A stretch of DNA of 44,686 bases from Ascoidea asiatica JCM 7603 (taxonomy: Eukaryota; Fungi; Ascomycota): assembly GCA_001600695.1 (NCBI GenBank), contig BCKQ01000007.1, forward strand, positions 1-44,686, in the 5' to 3' direction. The notes under the pieces are model-generated. The model ran no database searches. It saw nothing but the letters and a program-made list of their open reading frames with translations, and was not told the origin of the DNA. The position numbers were made by a program, and so were the translations under genes. Below, one piece after another: positions 1 to 11,500 of this stretch (positions are counted from its first letter, which is position 1; each line of letters starts with the position of its first letter).

Positions 1-935
1 GCTTTGATGTGATCTTGATGACTTACATCAACTTCTTTCGAAGTATTTTTTTCTGTTTTATCTTTCTCTTTTTCAATGATTCTTAATTTATCTTCGGTAT
101 AGTTTGATTTTTGAGTTGTTGATGTAGTTGATATAGTTTTATTGTTTGTTGGTTTATTGTTAATGGTGTGATTAGTATCATTATTTACGCTTTTATGTCC
201 ATTTATTTTATTTATATCATCAGAGTTAGTATAGTGGTAATGAGTTGAATTTGAATTATTTTCATTTACTTTTTTATGACCATTATTATAATTGTAGTTA
301 TGATTATGATTATGTTTAATATTTTTAGATTGATTATAATTTTCATCATCATATTCAATTTTTAAATTTTTAAGATATTTTAAATTTTGATTATTAATAT
401 TAGAAAAATAATTTTTATTAAAATTATTAATTTGTTCATTATTAGTTTTAATAATATTTGTATTATTATAATTTGAATATTGAATATTAACATTTTTAAA
501 AAATTTATCATCTTTAATTTTAGTTTCATTTTCATTATGATTATGATTATGATTATGATTAAGAATATTATTACATGGAAATTGAATAATATTATCAAAT
601 TCAAATTCAATTTTTTTAATATGATTTGAATTTGAGAAATTAATTGAATTTAAGATTGAATTTTGATAATTTAAAGAATTTAAAATTAAATTAAAAGTAT
701 TATAATTATTATAATTATTATAATCATCAAAATTATCATGGTTATCATGATGACAATTTGAACATAACCAAGATTTTAAATTTGAAGATGAACAATTATT
801 ACAATTAATTGAATTTTTAGAAATTGTTTTCATATTCTCTTTATTATCATTGTGATCATTGTGATCATTGTGATCATTGTGATTGATATGATTGATATGA
901 TTGAGATTCATAGAATGAATAGGTTTATTTGACAT
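1..935 (-). CDS. Uncharacterised Asn/His-rich protein with N-terminal CxxC-x9-CxxC zinc-ribbon-like motif; 3' end lies outside the window
   Basis: Hand translation: ATG at 935 (MSNKPIHSMNLNH...), frame open without stops to position 3; contains INCNNCSSSNLKSWLCSNCHHDN. Absent from the ORF track because its stop codon is off-window. Confidence 0.75.
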   Translation of the reverse strand, partial: MSNKPIHSMNLNHINHINHNDHNDHNDHNDNKENMKTISKNSINCNNCSSSNLKSWLCSNCHHDNHDNFDDYNNYNNYNTFNLILNSLNYQNSILNSINFSNSNHIKKIEFEFDNIIQFPCNNILNHNHNHNHNENETKIKDDKFFKNVNIQYSNYNNTNIIKTNNEQINNFNKNYFSNINNQNLKYLKNLKIEYDDENYNQSKNIKHNHNHNYNYNNGHKKVNENNSNSTHYHYTNSDDINKINGHKSVNNDTNHTINNKPTNNKTISTTSTTQKSNYTEDKLRIIEKEKDKTEKNTSKEVDVSHQDHIK

Positions 936-2949
936 TATTTATGATTTCTTTTTATTTTAGAATATAAAATTGAATATAAAAGTATAAATGAATAGAAATT
1001 ATTTATTTTTGTATTGTTTTTGTATTGTTTTTGTATTGTTTTTTTAAATGTTTTTTGGTTTTTTTTTTAAATATAATTAATTGTATTTGATTATATTTGA
1101 ATATAATTGTTTGAATTAGGAAATTGTAGATTCTTAATTATAGATTATGAATATATTATAAAGTAATTGAATATGAATTGATATAAGAAATAAGAAATAA
1201 GAAATCAAATTATAAAGATATTTATATTATAATTTAAATTAAGATTGAATTAAGATTGAATTAAGATTGAATTGAGATTGAATTGAAAATTTTGAGTAAT
1301 ATTGAATGATATTGAGTAATAATGATTGTAATTGACTTCTTAAATTGAAATTTTTTTGAATGATTTCCAAAAGAATTGAAATAAATTGACTTGAAAGATT
1401 TTTAAAATCATTTTAAATTACATAATTGTTAAATGAATGAATAAATTAAATTTGAAGTTACCAAATAATAAGATATAATAAGATATAATAATAAATATTT
1501 TAAATTGAACCGAGTAAATATAAAATAAATATTAAAATTTCGATTAATTTCTCCAGAAAATGAATGAAATTTGATATTGTTTTATGATTAGGATATGAAT
1601 TTATGAATTTACATTGATTTGAAATGATTATTGTAATTAATATGTATTGTTAACCAGCTATTATTTAATAATAATTAATAAAATCCAATAAATTAATTAT
1701 ATTCAAATATTTCAGTTTCTGAGATACCCAAATAATTTCATTAATTTCAGTAACAATAACAATAACAATAACAATAACAATGATATTAACAATGATATAT
1801 TAACAATGCAGTTTTTGTCGAGGGTCAGGTGACTGAATATTACGTAATGTTTGAGACCGTTCTCCTGGGTCTTCTTACTAGCATTATTGTAGCTTTACTG
1901 TATTGTATTGTTGATTTGTAACAGCTTTCTATTGAAGTCATAAGAGAATGGAGTATGTAAAGTAGTAGATATTATGTATTATATATATATTATATATTTA
2001 TATTATATATTTTCAATTGGACCATTAATATAATTCCAACTTCTTTCTGATTTATAATTAATATTTATATTTATATATTTTATTTCTTCTTCAGATAAAT
2101 ATTTACCAATTTTAATTTTATCTTTAATTTTATCTTTAATTTCATCATTTATCAAATTTGAATATACTGATTCATTTATTTCATTTAAATTTTCAAAATT
2201 ATTCTTCTTTTATTCTTCTTTTATTCTACTTTTTATACTTCTGTCATTTCACATTTACTAATAACATTATAATAAGATTTAGGTTAAGTATCCTAAATCA
2301 AACCTAAACCAAACCTAAATCAATGAAGTTTTAACTGAGACCACTATTCTGGTCCTTCTTCTTCCACTTCTATCACGTGCCCACTCCGGTTACTCCTAAC
2401 TCCACACAAACAACAAACAACAAACAAACAACAAACAAAGCCATGGCAGTTCGAAACCTTCTCGTTTTTACCATTTTATTAAAAAGACACAAGAAAGGTT
2501 TACAATTAAAAAGAATATTCAATCAAGAATCCAAAAAAGACAGCAAATACAACAAAAAACAAACTATTTACTCTCTTACTTCTACACTACTTCTATTTAT
2601 TACTCGTTAATTCATTTGTTAACTTATTCATTCCTCAATTCATTCATTTCTTACTTCATTTCTGAATCTTTTCTGAATCTTTTCTGAATCTTTTCTGATT
2701 TCCAAATGTAGAATTTATTAATCTCATTCTTAGTCATTGATATGAATCTAAGCCATTTTAAATAATTTATTCTATTCAATATTTATACATTCTCATTATC
2801 TCAATTTATCATTAATCAACCTTTTTACTTACCTACTTATTTTAATCAATCAATTATTCAATTCATTCATTCATTCAATCAATCATTCAATCATTCAATC
2901 AATCAATAATCTATAATCCATAATTCTTCAATCAATTTATATTATTCAA

Positions 2950-5900
2950 ATGGATTTTAATTTTGATTTTAATAAATTATCTGAAATTTTATTAAAATTT
3001 AAAAAAAATTTAATTAATTCAATAAAATCTTTAAATAATTCAATTTTAAATAAAAATGAAAATATAATTCCATTTAATTGGCAAAATATTGGTTATTATT
3101 CAATTAATACAACCAATATTAATAATATTAATAATATTAATAATAATAATAATAATATAAATAAAATTCAAGATTATATACTTTTAAATTTTTATTCAGA
3201 TTTTTATAAAAATACTTATTTAATAATCTTAATATCTTTATCTTCATATTTAATTTCATTTTATAAAATTTCAAATTTTATATATTTATTAAATTTATTT
3301 TTTTTCTTACATTTTTATAATTTAAATTTAAATAGATTTAAAAGAAATACAAATGATGATATGTTAAGATTAATTTCAATTAATAATTTAAATAATATTC
3401 AATCTTTATTTTGGTTAAATCAAATTTTAATAAAATTATGGATTTATTATATTCCAAATTTTTCAATATTTATAAAATTTAAAATTAATTCAATTTTATC
3501 AATAAATTCTCCAGGTTTTGGAATTGATTCAATTTATTTAAAACTTTTAAATTTTGGTAATATTTCTCCAAAATTTTTAAATATAAAATATTATCCAAAT
3601 GAAAAAATTAAAAATATTTTTATTTTAGAATTTTTTATAAAATTTGATCCAAATGATTTATTAAATTTAACTACAATTGAAATTAAAAATCAAATTAAAC
3701 CAAAAGCAACTATAATTTTAAGAATTGGTAAAGGTTTATTAACAAAAAAATTTCCAATAATTATTGAAAATATAACTTTTATTTCAAGAATTAAATTATT
3801 AATAAAATTTTCAAAAAATTTTCCTCATATTGAAATTATAAAATTTAATTTTATTGAACCTCCAATAATTGATTTTTCTTGTAAACCTGTTGGTGGTGAT
3901 AATTTTGGTATTGATATTACTTCTTTATTACCAGGTTTAAAATCTTTTATAATTAATCAAATTATTCATCAAACTTTAAAACCATATTTTTATTCTCCAA
4001 ATACTTTTGATATAATTATAAATGATTATTTATCTCCTCCTGATAAAACTATTGGAATTTTAATTTTAATTATAAATAATTTAGATTTAAATTTAATTAA
4101 AGATTTTCAAAATAATATTAATGATTATTATTTAATTATTTCAACTGATGATACTATAAATTATAATAAATCTAAAATTAAATTAAATTTAAATAAAAAT
4201 TTCTTAAATAATTTAAATTTAAATAATTTTAATTTTATTATTAATAATAATAATTTTTTATTAATTACAACTTTAAATCAAAATATTTATTTTAAAATTT
4301 TTAAAGATAAATTTGGTAAAGATAAAATTATTGGTGAATTTAATTATAATTTAAATAATTTAATTTCAAAAAATTATTTTAAAAATTTATCAATGAATTT
4401 TAAAAAAAATGGTAATATTAAAGGTAATTTAACTTTCTCAATTAAATGGTTTCCAGTTTTAAATAAAACTATTAATAATCAATATAATGTAAATGATTAT
4501 GATAATGAAAGAAATTTATTACTCAATAATAATAATAATAATAATAATAATATTTCTGATACTATTAATGATAATGATGATAGTTCTTCAATTTCAATAA
4601 AATCTTCAATTACCAATACTAATACTAATACTAATACTAATATAAATGATGATAGTGATATTGATGATGATAGTGATGAAATTTTAAAACAAGAAAAAGA
4701 AAATAAATTATATGATGAATCTGAAGTTGGAATTTTAAAATTAATAATTCATGAAGCTAAAAATCTTGATTTATCTTCTTCTTTAATTAATGTTTTATCA
4801 CCATATGTTGAAATTTTAATTAATGGTCAAATTATTGAAAAATCTTATATAATGAAAAGAACAAATAATCCATCTTGGGAAAAAAGTGTTGAAATTTTAA
4901 TAAGATCAAAAAATTCTTCAAATTTACAACTTTTAATTAGAAATTCAACTTCTGGTTTTGATGATCCAATAGTTGCAGCTTATAGAATTAAAATTAATAA
5001 AATTTTAGAAAAATTAAATAATAATGTAAATTTAAATGGTATTGAATGGCAAAATTGTACTCCCAAAGGTATGATAAGAATTTCAATTTTTTGGAATCCA
5101 TTAAATATTCAATCTTCAATTTCAACTACAAAAGGTATTGATGATTATAGACAACCAATTGGTGCAATAAAATTAAATTTAAAAAATGGTTTTAATTTTA
5201 AAACTTCAAAATTTTCAATTGATCCATATATTATAATTAAATCTTATGGACAAATAAAATTAAAAACTTTTATACATAAAGAAAATAAAAATCCATATTT
5301 TGGTGATATTTTATTTTTACCATTTTATAATAAAAATGATTTAATTATAATTGAATTATTTAATGCTCATCATAAAAAAGATAAACTTATTGGTTTAGGT
5401 AGTATTTCAATTAAGAATTTTTTGAAAGATATAAATAAATCAATTGATTTTAATTGTCCATTTTATCTGAAACAAAGAATTATTGCAAAAGGTTATTTAA
5501 ATTTATCAGTAACTTATATTCCAATTAGACAAATATTTGGTCCAATTGAATTAATTAAATTAAAAGAAGAAGAAGAAGAAAAAAAAAAAGAAGAAAATTT
5601 ATTATTTAAAAAACAAACTGAATTATTAGAAAAATTTCCAGATATTTATGAAATGGTTGAAATTTCAGATAATGAAAGTGAAAGTGATGATGATAATGAT
5701 GAAGATTATAGTGGTAAAAAAGAAATAATGTCACTTAAAGAATTATTAACTTATGATTCTGGAATAATGACAATTTTTTTTAGACAATCAATTTTTAAAA
5801 CTGAAGGATATTTATCTATATTTGTTGATAATGAATATTTTCCATCTTTTACATCAACAATAAATAATGATGGAACTTTAAAACTTTCAACTGGAGAATT

Positions 5901-7095
5901 TTTTATAAAAGATTTACAAAATTCATTAATTACTTTAAGAGTACATAAAAAATTAATGATTAAAAATTCAGAAAGTATAATTTTTGAAAAAACTTTAAAA
6001 ACTGAAATTTTATTAAAAAAATTTTATGAAAATTCGAAAAATATAAAATTTGATGATCATGAAATAAGTATACAAACTGAATATATACCATGTAAAATTG
6101 AATTACCAATTGAAGATTCTATGAATAATTGTGGTATAGTTACATTAACAGTTAAAAAAGCCGAAAATTTAATTGCAAGTGATTTTAATGGTAAATCAGA
6201 TCCATATATTATAATAAAAATTAATGATCAAAAAATTTATGTAACTAAAACAATTAAAAAGACATTAAATCCAGTTTTCAATGAAACAATAAAATTTACA
6301 ATTCCTTCAATTAAATATTCTAGAATTAGTATTGAAGTATTTGATTGGGATAGAGGTAATAATGATGATGATATTGGAGGTGGAATTTTAGATATAAGTT
6401 CAATTGAACCAAAAATTGCAAAAGAATTTAAAGTTTCTTTAAATTTAAAAGAAAAAAATGCAGGGAATGTTTATTTTGCAGCAATTTTTGAACCAAAATA
6501 TATTGTTAATGAAATTGGTAAAATTAGTATTGTTGAAGAAATTCAAGATCCAGTAATTGTTAAAAAAGCTAATGGTGAAGATTCAGATCATCATTATTTT
6601 AAAAGTAATTCACCAATTGCATCAAAATTTATATCAAAATTAAGTCCAGGAAATAATTCCAAATTTAATTTTGATTTTAGTCTAGGAAGTAATGAAAATG
6701 TAAATCATGAACCAGAAAAACCAGAAACTCCAAAAAAGCAAAGTAAAAATACATTAATGAATAATAATGTATCAAATAATTCAAGCCAAATTATAATGAA
6801 TAATGAAAATTCAATTTCAATTTCAACTCCTAATGAATTAAATGTAAATGAATTAAATATAAATGAATCAAGTTTAAGTTCAAATCAAGAAAGAAATCTG
6901 TATTTAAGTGTAAATAATAATGGAGGCAGTCCTAATAGTAATTCAAGTCTGTATAATGAAAATTCATTAACACCTACAAAATCCATTAAATCTGTGTTTA
7001 GTAGTAAATCTTCAAGATTAAAAGCCAAATTTGGTAAGCATAAAAAAATAAAATTTGATTCTCATTTAAGTGAATTGAGAGATAAGTACACATGA
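2950..7095 (+). CDS. Tricalbin (Tcb1/2/3, extended-synaptotagmin family) ER-plasma membrane tether
   Basis: N-terminal hydrophobic hairpin, SMP domain start (SLFWLNQILIKLW), several C2 domains (GILKLIIHEAKNL...SPYVE; KAENLIASDFNGKSDPY...KKTLNPVFNE...VFDWDR). Confidence 0.92.
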   Translation: MDFNFDFNKLSEILLKFKKNLINSIKSLNNSILNKNENIIPFNWQNIGYYSINTTNINNINNINNNNNNINKIQDYILLNFYSDFYKNTYLIILISLSSYLISFYKISNFIYLLNLFFFLHFYNLNLNRFKRNTNDDMLRLISINNLNNIQSLFWLNQILIKLWIYYIPNFSIFIKFKINSILSINSPGFGIDSIYLKLLNFGNISPKFLNIKYYPNEKIKNIFILEFFIKFDPNDLLNLTTIEIKNQIKPKATIILRIGKGLLTKKFPIIIENITFISRIKLLIKFSKNFPHIEIIKFNFIEPPIIDFSCKPVGGDNFGIDITSLLPGLKSFIINQIIHQTLKPYFYSPNTFDIIINDYLSPPDKTIGILILIINNLDLNLIKDFQNNINDYYLIISTDDTINYNKSKIKLNLNKNFLNNLNLNNFNFIINNNNFLLITTLNQNIYFKIFKDKFGKDKIIGEFNYNLNNLISKNYFKNLSMNFKKNGNIKGNLTFSIKWFPVLNKTINNQYNVNDYDNERNLLLNNNNNNNNNISDTINDNDDSSSISIKSSITNTNTNTNTNINDDSDIDDDSDEILKQEKENKLYDESEVGILKLIIHEAKNLDLSSSLINVLSPYVEILINGQIIEKSYIMKRTNNPSWEKSVEILIRSKNSSNLQLLIRNSTSGFDDPIVAAYRIKINKILEKLNNNVNLNGIEWQNCTPKGMIRISIFWNPLNIQSSISTTKGIDDYRQPIGAIKLNLKNGFNFKTSKFSIDPYIIIKSYGQIKLKTFIHKENKNPYFGDILFLPFYNKNDLIIIELFNAHHKKDKLIGLGSISIKNFLKDINKSIDFNCPFYLKQRIIAKGYLNLSVTYIPIRQIFGPIELIKLKEEEEEKKKEENLLFKKQTELLEKFPDIYEMVEISDNESESDDDNDEDYSGKKEIMSLKELLTYDSGIMTIFFRQSIFKTEGYLSIFVDNEYFPSFTSTINNDGTLKLSTGEFFIKDLQNSLITLRVHKKLMIKNSESIIFEKTLKTEILLKKFYENSKNIKFDDHEISIQTEYIPCKIELPIEDSMNNCGIVTLTVKKAENLIASDFNGKSDPYIIIKINDQKIYVTKTIKKTLNPVFNETIKFTIPSIKYSRISIEVFDWDRGNNDDDIGGGILDISSIEPKIAKEFKVSLNLKEKNAGNVYFAAIFEPKYIVNEIGKISIVEEIQDPVIVKKANGEDSDHHYFKSNSPIASKFISKLSPGNNSKFNFDFSLGSNENVNHEPEKPETPKKQSKNTLMNNNVSNNSSQIIMNNENSISISTPNELNVNELNINESSLSSNQERNLYLSVNNNGGSPNSNSSLYNENSLTPTKSIKSVFSSKSSRLKAKFGKHKKIKFDSHLSELRDKYT

Positions 7096-7430
7096 AATCC
7101 TATATTAAAAGCAATGTTTTTTTTTTACAATACCCAATATTAATTTCTTTAATTTTTTTGTTTTGATCTTTTTTTCTTTTACATTTTCATATTTTTATAC
7201 CCTACTATCAATGATCTTTACTTTAAAATTTCAAATTGTCATTCTGCATAACAGCATCAATAAAAACTAGCATTTATTTATTATTTCCATCAAAGTAGAA
7301 GTAAAAGCATCAAAAACAGCAAAACCACGAGAAGAAGAAAAAACACAAAAAAAAAAAATTAATTTTTTTCAGCCACAAATTTGAGGCTTGCAAATGAAAA
7401 AAACAAAAAAAACAAAAAAAACAAGAAAAG

Positions 7431-7502
7431 TCCGTGATAGTTTAGTGGCTAGAATTGCCGCTTGTCGCGTGGCAGACCGGGGTTCAATTCCCCGTCGCGG
7501 AG
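7431..7502 (+). tRNA. tRNA-Asp (GTC), intronless
   Basis: Acceptor stem TCCGTGA/TCGCGGA, anticodon stem GCCGC/GTGGC with GTC at 7464-7466, T-loop GGTTCAATTCC, oligo-T Pol III terminator directly downstream; closely resembles the S. cerevisiae tRNA-Asp. Confidence 0.97.
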
Positions 7503-7708
7503 TTTCTTTTTTTGCATAGTTTTAAGCTGAATTTTAGATAATTTTAGGTTTTTTTTATTTTTTTGATGGAAATCTGAAGGAAATAAACAAAGAAAATAGG
7601 TAAAATATTCAAAAAAACTAGATAAAACATATCAAGAAAGATATATTCATATGAATATTATTAAATAAAAACAAACTAGAAAAAACATTCATCACAATAT
7701 AAACTATA

Positions 7709-8263
7709 ATGGTCAGACTCAAGAATAGATATATCTTGTTTGAAGTTCTTTATCCTTCTACTGCTTCCAATAACAAAATATTCAATGATTTGAAACAGAG
7801 TTCGACTTCCAATGAGAAGAAAGATTACTCAAGATCAAATTCAATATTATCTTTACATAGATCATCTCCTGATCAGATAACTTCAAGAACATTATTATCA
7901 ACAGTACGAGATAATCTAGAAATCTATTTTGGAGATTTTGGCTCAGGAATTTCTTCATCTTCTTTAATGATTAAATATTGGTCAAATAAAACTTCAACTG
8001 GAATATTTAAAATTTCAAGAGATTATTATAGACAAATTAATTTAATTTTAACATTCATTAATAATTTATTTGATTATGATGTTATAATAAGAGTTCTAAG
8101 AATTTCAGGTACAATCAAAAAATCTCAAGATTATCTTATTCAAAGAAATAAAACTTTAATGAGAGATTTAAAATCTCAACAAAATATTAATAATAGTGAA
8201 AATATTAAAGCTTTATTTAATAATGCAGAATCTGAAATTAATTTACAAGAAGAATTACAGTGA
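7709..8263 (+). CDS. POP5: RNase P/MRP subunit Pop5
   Basis: MVRLKNRYILFEVLYP N-terminus, FGDFG...IKYWSNKTSTGI, RISGTIKK; Rpp14/Pop5 family pattern. Confidence 0.93.
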   Translation: MVRLKNRYILFEVLYPSTASNNKIFNDLKQSSTSNEKKDYSRSNSILSLHRSSPDQITSRTLLSTVRDNLEIYFGDFGSGISSSSLMIKYWSNKTSTGIFKISRDYYRQINLILTFINNLFDYDVIIRVLRISGTIKKSQDYLIQRNKTLMRDLKSQQNINNSENIKALFNNAESEINLQEELQ

Positions 8264-8568
8264 TATTAAAATAATATGTATAATAGTACCCCTTTCAAAG
8301 GTAATTTTATTTCATTTTAATTAAACTATTTTCATTTTTATTCCAGTTTTTTTTTTTTTAATAAAAATATCATGATCATATTTACAAGTAATATATATAA
8401 AAAAAAAAAATTAATAAAAATAGAGTTTGATATGAAAATATAAAAATAAGGAAATATAAAAATATAAAGATATATAAAAATATAATAATTTAATGAACTG
8501 AACAATGAATTAAACAATGAATTTTAAGATTTTAAATAAAAATGCATCACTAAAAACTTTTATTCAAT

Positions 8569-11500
8569 TTATTTCTTAGATTTCTTAGATTTCTTCTTTG
8601 GTGTTTTTTTTATTGTCTCTGAAGTATCATTACTACCTTCAATATATTTCATTATTTCTTCAATTGATTGATTTGCAATTTTTGGATCTGATTTAATAGA
8701 TTTATTATTATTAATATTGTTATTAGATATAGTGTTAGAATTATTTTCTTTTAAAATACCTTTAATATTACCAATACTATTTCCATTTGTAGTTAATTTT
8801 AAATTTTGTGATAATTTTTCTAATTTCAATTTAGATAATCTTTCTTCTTCTTTTTGTTTTTTAATTTGTTTCTCATTTTCTGCCATAATTCTTTTTAATT
8901 CTTTTTCTTGTTTGGCATTTAAAATTAAAAAATTTGTTAAACTATCAACATTTTTTTTGGCATCTTTTGTTGTAGAATCTTCATCACCTAATAAATCTCT
9001 AAATACATGATATGCTTCATTCATAAATTTAATTGAATTTGGTATATCATTAATTGTTGCTAAACTTTGAGAATATTGATATTTAATCATTGCAGTAATT
9101 TGAGATTCTTTTCCATTAACTTTTTCACTTAAATTTAAAGCTTTAAATAATAATTCTTTTGAAGTTTCAAATAATTGTGATGATTGATACATTAATGCAA
9201 TATTTGTTAATGTTGTAATTGATGATGGATGTGTATTATCTCCATATATTGTTTCCCAATCTTTTAAAATTCTTGAATAAATTGCTAATGAATTAACTGT
9301 ATTTCCATTAACATGTTCATAATATGCTAAATTAATTAATGATAATAATGTATCAAATGAATCTATACCTTGACATCTTTCTGAAATAAAAACTGCTTTT
9401 CTTGAATATTCAACTGCAGATGCTGTATTTTCTAAATCAAAATAAATTTGTGCAAGTAATCCATAAACTTTTGATAATTCAGGATGTATAGTACCATAAA
9501 TTTGTTCATATAATGAAACTGATTCTAATAATAATGAAATTCCCATTTCATGATCTTTTTCACTTGTATCATTACCATATAATCTTGAACGTCCAGTATC
9601 CCAAATTTCTTCAACAAGTGATGATTTAAAAATTGAATCTTTAATAATTGGGAAAAATGATATTATATCATCTGGAATAAATGTTGTTTCTCTTTTAATT
9701 GCTTCAATAGTTGTTATAGTTGAAACTGATTTTTTACCTTTCTTTTTATTTTTTTTAGATTCTTCAATATTAATTTCATCTGAAATTAAAAGTTCTTCTT
9801 CTGATAATTTTAAAAATTCTTCTTTAGTAAATGGATAATTAAAAGCTGACCATTGAATACCAAATTTCAATGAAATTTCTCTAAATATTGCTTTTTTTTT
9901 GATTAATTTAGAATTATTAATCCAATCTTTAATTTCTGATAAATTAAATCTGAATCTTTTGAATACTTCAGCTTCAACTTCTGCAATAATTATTTCAGGT
10001 GTAATTTTAGAAAATGTATTAAAGTCAACAGAATTTGAATATAATTCTTCAAATTCTTTTTCAATAAAAAATTTTGGTGATGGATTTACATCAGATCCTA
10101 ATAAACAATTCATAAAGTGAGAAACAATTGAAGGAATAACTGGAAATGGTATATCAGTTGAAAGTTTTCTTAAAATATGTTTTGAAGCACGAGCAATCAT
10201 TTCTTGTATAGAACATTTATAAAGAGCTTCAAATGAGCCAACCGTTAAATTAAAATTTGCATTAGTTGTAACTTCTGGTTCTTTTTCTTCTTTTTTAATT
10301 GGTTCTTCTTTTTTTTCTTCACCTAATTTTTCTTTCTTTTCATCTTCTTCTTTTTTCTTTTTAGCTAATTCTTCAGCTTTTATTGCAAGTTCTTTTTTAG
10401 TTTTTTCAATTTTTTTAAGTTCAATTTCTTTATAAGCTAAAGATTCAGTTGCAATTTTACCCAAATAACGTAAATTAATACCTTGCTTATGTAAAAGTGA
10501 AGATAAATGTTGACCATCAACTGGAGCCATGATTTTTGAAACACCAATATCAGCTAAAAATTCTGGAATTAAATGTTCAGAAATAAATTGAGAAACTTCT
10601 CTTACATTTTCTTGATCTTGTTTTAATTCTTCTAATTGATCTTTTGAAAGATCTTTAATATCAACTGAATATGAAAAACAATCTGGATTTAAAGTAATTT
10701 TTGAAGGATCTACAGTAATTGTTGGTTTTTCTTGATCCAATTTTTCACCTTTTTCAATACTTTCTTTCTTTTTTTGTTCTAGAATTTGAGCTTCTTCTTT
10801 AATTAAAGAAGTTACTTTTCTTCTAAACCATTCCCCAACACATTCATGTCTTATCAAAGGTTCTTTATGTGGATAAGATAATGGATGATTTAAATCCCAA
10901 TTTTTTTCAATAAATTCAATATCACATGGAGTTGTTTTATATAAATCAATAATATAATTTCTAAAATCAGTACCTTTCATACCTTTAGTTTCAAATGAAG
11001 TAATTAAAGGAATTTCATTAATTTTATTTGAAATTGGATCTTTTGTAAATACATTATGTTTTTTAATATGAAAAGCTTCAGAAATTGGAGTTAATAATTT
11101 TTCAAATTTATCATCTCTTGCAACATTTGAACCTTCATCACTTAAACCATGAACAATTCTACTTTGATTTTTTTTTTCATCATCATCTAATAATAAATCA
11201 TTATTAAATACACCAGGTACAGGAGTTTGACAAACAATTCTTCTACCACAATAATCAATAATTGAAGTACATAAATGACTAATTTTTTCATTATCAATTT
11301 TATTTAATAATCTTATTGAAGTTAAATCTTTTCCAACACAATATCTTGAAGCTTCATCACCACCTTTATTTAAATATTGATTTGAAGAATCAGTACCTAA
11401 AGAATAAAAAATATTATTTCTTAAATAAATAAATTGATTTGATTGTTCATTTGGATTCATTGGTTGAATATTACCATTTAAAATTTGCATAGCACCTTTT

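Noticed and set aside
380-610. 76-aa I/L/K-rich ORF
   Set aside because: Alternative frame within the longer 935->1 ORF; low-complexity by-product.
2377-2610. 77-aa ORF upstream of the tricalbin gene
   Set aside because: GTG start inside an E-box, runs through a (CAAA/CAA)n repeat, no recognisable motif.
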